The notes under the pieces: model-generated
What the model was told of the DNA's origin: nothing
What the model saw: only the letters and a program-made list of their open reading frames with translations
The model's database searches: none
Assembly: GCF_018977255.1 (NCBI RefSeq)
Contig: NW_024704742.1
Coordinates: forward strand, 83,144,001-83,208,000
Reading direction: 5' to 3'
Source: Callorhinchus milii
Lineage: Eukaryota
Length of the DNA: 64,000 nt
Position numbers and translations under genes: made by a program
Part shown: one piece after another, positions 62,907 to 64,000 of the stretch
How positions within the stretch are numbered: the stretch's first letter is position 1
Layout of the letters: each line of letters begins with the position of its first letter

Positions 62907-63097
62907 AATAAAAGCAGAAGTCATTGGGAACACACAGCAGGTCAGGCAGCATCTATGTAAGAAACCATCAGAAAGATCATTGACCTGAAAAATTAACTTA
63001 TTTTTTTTCTCTCCATAGATGCTGCCTGACCTCCTGCATGATACCAGCGACTTCTGTTTTTATTTCAGATTTCCAGCATCTGCAGCATTTTGCCTTT
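62907..63097. mobile_element. Palindromic (fold-back) repeat of the Penelope-like type common in shark genomes; a related single arm lies at ~58693-58790
   Basis: Perfect 19-bp inverted repeat 62939-62957/63014-63032, plus outer arms 62907-62922/63049-63064. Confidence 0.65.
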
Positions 63098-64000
63098 TGT
63101 ATATTGTGCGCAAATTGGCTGCTGTGTTTAGCTACAAAATAGCATTTTGTTGGGGAATGCAGCAGTCAATTAGCGCACAGCAATGTCCTACAAACAGGAA
63201 TGAAGTGATTGACCTAAAGAGGTGAATGAATTGCAGTGTAAACAATCTGGAGATGATGGACAGGCGGGCTAATTTAATGAGGAACTAACTGCTGATACTA
63301 GTTAGAGTGGACTGCGGTGTCTTCCTTCCGCCTTACATTAATTCGCTGACCAATGGCTCATGTCTGAAACCTTGCTCCTGCCTCAAACTGACAGCTCCTG
63401 TCTGATCATCAGCAAGTGCTTTCGTTGGCGTCTCCTCTCTTTGCTCTTGCTGTATTACACCTAGCTTAGAACTTTATCTGAAGTAAATGTCAAAATCCCT
63501 CACAAAGAAAATCGCTGATGGCTTTTGACATAATGGTGCCTATCTAACATGCAGCTTAAATTTAGACATTTATAATTTGTTGATCAGGAATTACTTGCAT
63601 GTGCCAGAGACATTTTCCTAACTCCCTACACCTGCTGCACTGTTTCAATGACAAGAAGTCTGTTGTGCATTCATCTTCCGGATCGCGGAACCCGGTATTT
63701 GACTGCTGTTGGCGGTTTCATGAGTTACCGCTGAACAAAAATAATAATTCACGCTTACAGTACAATATAATACAAATTTACATTTACATAGTGCCTTTTA
63801 CATTGGGAGGATTTGCCAAAACGCTTAACAACAACAACTTGCATTTATGTAGCACAGTTCACATTGAGCAGCGTCTTAAAAGAGTTTTCCTCCGAGATGC
63901 TGGTCCCCAAGATGCTGATAACAGTACAGGCTGGGCACCTGAATTAAGGTGGGAGCCAAAGGAGAATGGGGAGGGGAAGGATGACCAAAAGCACTGTCAA

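Noticed and set aside
1..64000. CRISPR arrays, prokaryotic operons, endogenous viral ORFs, rRNA/snRNA genes
   Set aside because: None visible; the window is vertebrate intron, UTR and intergenic DNA.

Overview
Eukaryotic genomic DNA, most likely from a cartilaginous fish. This is inferred from Deu-domain SINEs, shark-type CR1/L2 tails and a Penelope-type palindrome; a holocephalan is plausible but unproven. The only supportable protein-coding sequence is the last coding exon of a LAR-family receptor tyrosine phosphatase (1137-1205, [22 protein letters not shown]). I assign it to PTPRD from its 3'UTR, which runs about 3.35 kb, is transposon-free and has two AATAAA signals. The remaining ~59 kb looks like gene desert filled with layered mobile-element fossils: a young tRNA(TGC)-headed SINE in long and short forms, older Deu-SINEs with the same L2-type tail, a second old tRNA-SINE, L2 and CR1 fragments, a hAT/Charlie-like end and a Penelope-type palindrome. 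Several repeat-free islands may be enhancers. The most intriguing signal is an unclassified ~1-kb non-coding repeat, pieced together from six fragments. Its copies share one A-rich end, and two of them keep an RNA stem-loop with compensatory changes on one strand. All repeat family names come from remembered consensus features, not database searches, and repeat boundaries are approximate.
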